A stretch of DNA of 64,000 nucleotides, taken from assembly GCA_963713975.1 (NCBI GenBank), contig OY970218.1, positions 128,001-192,000 of the forward strand, in the 5' to 3' direction. Below the pieces are notes generated by a model that saw nothing but the letters and a program-made list of their open reading frames with translations, ran no database searches and was not told the origin of the DNA. This DNA is from an uncultured Chloroflexia bacterium (GTDB lineage Bacteria > Chloroflexota > Limnocylindria > Limnocylindrales > CSP1-4). Shown piece after piece: positions 60,972 through 64,000 of this stretch (positions within the stretch are counted from its first letter, which is position 1; every line of letters begins with the position of its first letter). The position numbers and the translations under genes are program-made.

Positions 60972-61922
60972 ATGACGCTTGACTGGCTCGACGCCTTCCT
61001 GATCACCGGGCTCTTCCAGGTCGTGATGGTGACCGGCCTCGCGTTGCTGCTCCACCTCCAGCTGGGACTCACACGGATCGCCAACTTCGGCGTGGTCGGC
61101 TTCTGGGGCATCGGGATGTACGTCTTCGGCGTCCTGTACGTTCAGGTCGACTGGCCGTTCGGGGACCCTTGGCTGTTCCTCGCCTGCGCCGCCGCCGCCA
61201 CGCTGGTCACGGGTGCAGCCGGGCTCCTCGTCGGATGGCTGGTCTCCGATCTGGACACGGACGGCGTGCTGGTGGGCACGCTCGGCTTCGCCACCGCCGT
61301 CCAGATCCTGGCGACCACCCAGGACGACATCACCGGTGGTGCCCGGGGCATGGGAGGGCTCGCCTTCCCCTTCGACATCGGCAAGGTGAAGGAAAACGAG
61401 TTCCTGTGGCTGGTGATCACGGCCGTCGTCGTCGCCGCGATCCTGTTCTTCGTCTGGCGGGTCCACCGCTCGCCCTATGGACGCCTCCTCATCGCCGTGG
61501 GCGGCAACGAGCCGCTGGCGCGCAGCCTTGGGAAGTCGACCTTCCGCACCAAGCTCGGGCTGTTCGCCATCACGTCGGCTGGCATGGGACTACTCGGTGC
61601 GATGAACGGAGTGATGGTGCGCTACCTGGACATCGGCAGCCTCGGGATCGGCATCACCCTCGCCGCGATGGCAGGGCTGATCCTGGGCGGCACGGCGCGA
61701 GTCTGGGGCGCGGTCGTCGGGGTGATCCTCACGGTTGGCCTGTTCGACATCGTGATCCAGTCCTACGTGCCGTTCCCCCGGGAGTGGTACACGCAGGCGA
61801 TCCCCGTGCTCAGGGAGGCCGTGTTCGGCCTGACACTGATCCTCGTCCTGATGTTCCGACCGTTGGGCATCCTGGGCGACATGCGGCGCGACAAGATGAT
61901 GGAAAAGCTCCATGGTCGCTGA
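60972..61922 (+). CDS. livM: Branched-chain amino acid-type ABC permease
   Basis: NFGVVGFWGIG, TLGFA, TGGARG, SPYGR, ILGG, RPLGI. Confidence 0.85.
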   Translation: MTLDWLDAFLITGLFQVVMVTGLALLLHLQLGLTRIANFGVVGFWGIGMYVFGVLYVQVDWPFGDPWLFLACAAAATLVTGAAGLLVGWLVSDLDTDGVLVGTLGFATAVQILATTQDDITGGARGMGGLAFPFDIGKVKENEFLWLVITAVVVAAILFFVWRVHRSPYGRLLIAVGGNEPLARSLGKSTFRTKLGLFAITSAGMGLLGAMNGVMVRYLDIGSLGIGITLAAMAGLILGGTARVWGAVVGVILTVGLFDIVIQSYVPFPREWYTQAIPVLREAVFGLTLILVLMFRPLGILGDMRRDKMMEKLHGR

Positions 61923-62706
61923 CGTCGTCGATACCGTGGCCGTGACCCGCGCCCGGATCCGGATCCAGGGCGCGGTCAAGAGCTTCTCAGGCAGGGTTGT
62001 CGTGGATGTCGACGACGTCCTTCTGGGCGAGCGGCCGATCGGGGGCTTGATCGGCCCCAATGGCGCCGGCAAGACAACGCTGATGCGCATGATCATGCGC
62101 TCCACGCCGCTCGATCGCGGCCGGATCACCCTCCTCCCACCGAGTGGCCAGGAGGTGGTGCTGTCGAGCCTGCCGGCACACCGGCACGCGGACCACGGCG
62201 TCGTGAAGTCCAACCAGGTGATCATGGACTTCGAGAAGCTCACGATCTGGGACTCGCTGCTGCTGGCCGTGGCCGAGGCGAGGTACGAGCAGCCCCACCG
62301 GATCTTCAGCGAGCGAAAGGTCTTCAAGCAGCACGAGGACGAGATCCGGCACTATCTGGACTACTTCGGGTTCGCCGACCCGACGGCGTTCGCGCTGTCG
62401 GCCGGCGAGAAGAAGCTCCTCGACATCGTGCGCTGCCTGCTCCTGAAGCCGGCCTTCCTGCTGCTCGACGAGCCGACGGCGGGCCTTCCCGACGACCTGA
62501 CCGAGAAGGTCATGACCGTGGTCCGGGACCTCGCGGCCGCCGGCACCTCGGTCGTCATCGTGGAGCACGACCTCAACCTCATCTGGAACCTCTGCGACGA
62601 GGTCCTGTTCATGGCCGAGGGGAGCGTCATCTTGCGGGGCGACCCACAGGACATCCGCGAGCACCGGACCGTCGTTGAGAAGTACCTGGGCGAGGGCCAT
62701 GTCTGA
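61912..62706 (+). CDS. livG: ABC ATP-binding protein (LivG-like)
   Basis: GLIGPNGAGKTT, LSAGEKK, LLDEPTAG, VEH. Confidence 0.88.
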   Translation: MVADVVDTVAVTRARIRIQGAVKSFSGRVVVDVDDVLLGERPIGGLIGPNGAGKTTLMRMIMRSTPLDRGRITLLPPSGQEVVLSSLPAHRHADHGVVKSNQVIMDFEKLTIWDSLLLAVAEARYEQPHRIFSERKVFKQHEDEIRHYLDYFGFADPTAFALSAGEKKLLDIVRCLLLKPAFLLLDEPTAGLPDDLTEKVMTVVRDLAAAGTSVVIVEHDLNLIWNLCDEVLFMAEGSVILRGDPQDIREHRTVVEKYLGEGHV

Positions 62707-63415
62707 GACATCCGGATCCGTCATGCTTCAGGTCGAGGGGCTGCGCAGCGGCTACCACGGGGTTACCGTCCTCAAGGGGCTCGACTTCACGGTCGGCAAC
62801 GAGATCTTTACCGTGCTGGGCGCCAACGGGGCGGGCAAGACGACGCTGCTTGCGACCCTGGCGCGCCTGATCCCCCTCATGGCGGGGGGGATCCGGTTCC
62901 AGGGTGCGGACGTGTCGTCCCTGCGCCCGTACGAAACCGCCGGCCGGGGGATCGGATATGTGCCCCAGGAGAAGGGCGTCTTCGCCGACCTGACCGTCGT
63001 CGAGAACCTCACCGTGGGGGGAATGATCGGCAAGCGCTCCCGCGAGGAGCGGATGGCCGAGGTGTTCGACCTGTTCCCGGACCTGCAGGCCCTCCGGGCA
63101 CAGAAGGCGGGGACCCTCAGCGGCGGCGAGTCGCGCATGGTGGCCTGCGGGCGGGCCCTGATGCAGGACCCCAAGATGCTGCTCCTTGATGAGCCCACGG
63201 CTGGCCTCTCCCCGCTCTACGTGGACCTGTTCTTCGACAAGATCAAGGAGATCCACGAGACCAAAGGGGTCGCGATCGTCCTCGCCGAGCAGAACGCCAC
63301 CAAGGCGCTCCAGGTCGCCGACCGGGTGATGGTACTCAGCCTCGGCCAGGCATCCGCCGTGGTGGACGCCGCAGAGATGACCACGCAACAACTCAAGGAG
63401 GGCTACCGGATCTGA
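62699..63415 (+). CDS. livF: ABC ATP-binding protein (LivF-like)
   Basis: GANGAGKTT, YVPQ, TVVENL, LSGGE, LLDEPTAGLSP, EQN. Confidence 0.9.
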   Translation: MSETSGSVMLQVEGLRSGYHGVTVLKGLDFTVGNEIFTVLGANGAGKTTLLATLARLIPLMAGGIRFQGADVSSLRPYETAGRGIGYVPQEKGVFADLTVVENLTVGGMIGKRSREERMAEVFDLFPDLQALRAQKAGTLSGGESRMVACGRALMQDPKMLLLDEPTAGLSPLYVDLFFDKIKEIHETKGVAIVLAEQNATKALQVADRVMVLSLGQASAVVDAAEMTTQQLKEGYRI

Positions 63416-63452
63416 GACCCATCCTTCAGGGTAGGACACAGGAGGAGATGCA

Positions 63453-64000
63453 ATGAGGGTCATTGGCACCACGGCGGGCCGAACCGTCGTTTCCATCGCC
63501 GCACTCGCGCTGCTCGTGTCAGCGTGCAACAACGGTGGTGCCGCAACCGCGGCACCCGCGGAGTCAGCCGCGGCGCCGGGCGCCGAATCGGCGGCTCCGA
63601 GCGCGGCGGCCGAGTCGCCCGCCGCGGGACCGGTGACGGTCTGCGAGCTTGCCTACTACACCGGTGCGTTTGCCGCGTACGGTCCGGCGCTCACCAACGA
63701 CGTTCGCTTCCCGATCGAAGAGGTCATCAATCTCGACCCGCCGCTCGGACGCACCTGGGAGCTGGTCTCCGAGGACATCGGCGACGACCATGAGGGCCAG
63801 GCAGCCAAGATCTGCCTCGAGCAGCACAAGGCCGAGATCGTGGTGAGCATCGCCCACCAGTACCGGACCTACCGCGACTACATGATGGAGTGGTGGCAGG
63901 AGAACGACTCACCGCTCGGGCCGTCGGTCCACGGCGGCGCCATCCCCGGCAACCTCGGCGGCAAGGGCGAGGAGCCGATCTTCCGGGCCCAGGGCCTTGA
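63453..64000 (+). CDS. ABC substrate-binding lipoprotein (partial, runs off window)
   Basis: Manual translation: MRVIGTTAGRTVVSIAALALLVSAC (lipobox), Ala/Pro/Ser linker, YYTGAFAAYG; SD GGAGGAG. Confidence 0.85.
   Translation, partial: MRVIGTTAGRTVVSIAALALLVSACNNGGAATAAPAESAAAPGAESAAPSAAAESPAAGPVTVCELAYYTGAFAAYGPALTNDVRFPIEEVINLDPPLGRTWELVSEDIGDDHEGQAAKICLEQHKAEIVVSIAHQYRTYRDYMMEWWQENDSPLGPSVHGGAIPGNLGGKGEEPIFRAQGL

Overview
Very GC-rich bacterial chromosomal window. Gene style, a GAAC-N4-GTTC-type SOS box and frequent leaderless promoters suggest Chloroflexota or a similar Terrabacteria lineage (inference only). There are three blocks. (1) 1-29.7 kb, housekeeping, repair and secreted enzymes: lhr helicase (partial, with a candidate LexA box), an AcuC-GNAT fusion, tatA, GNAT, YyaL/DUF255, a coupled pair of putative cysteine proteases, a membrane RanBP2-type Zn-finger protein, ku-ligD (NHEJ), S8 and M1 peptidases, an RmuC-like protein, flavodoxin, bioY, an ABC exporter, a CAP protein, gltA and tRNA-His. 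(2) 29.7-42.3 kb, a nonulosonic (legionaminic-type) acid locus with a NeuA-NeuB fusion and an 1142-aa two-domain glycosyltransferase. (3) 43.2-64 kb, a GntR-associated catabolic island marked by a shared TCGAT(A/T)ATCGAT operator at three promoters. It encodes a phenylphosphate-synthase-alpha-like protein, a truncated PPDK fused to a winged-helix/helical domain, an HprK-like P-loop protein, a three-subunit Mo-hydroxylase, cyclase and MBL hydrolases, two SDRs, two inverted Zn-dehydrogenase paralogs with identical DNA tracts, OsmC, a DMT transporter and a Liv-type ABC importer. Block 3 is the best candidate for an undescribed system. No CRISPR, rRNA, integrase or transposase was seen. All calls come from motif reading; no database search was run.
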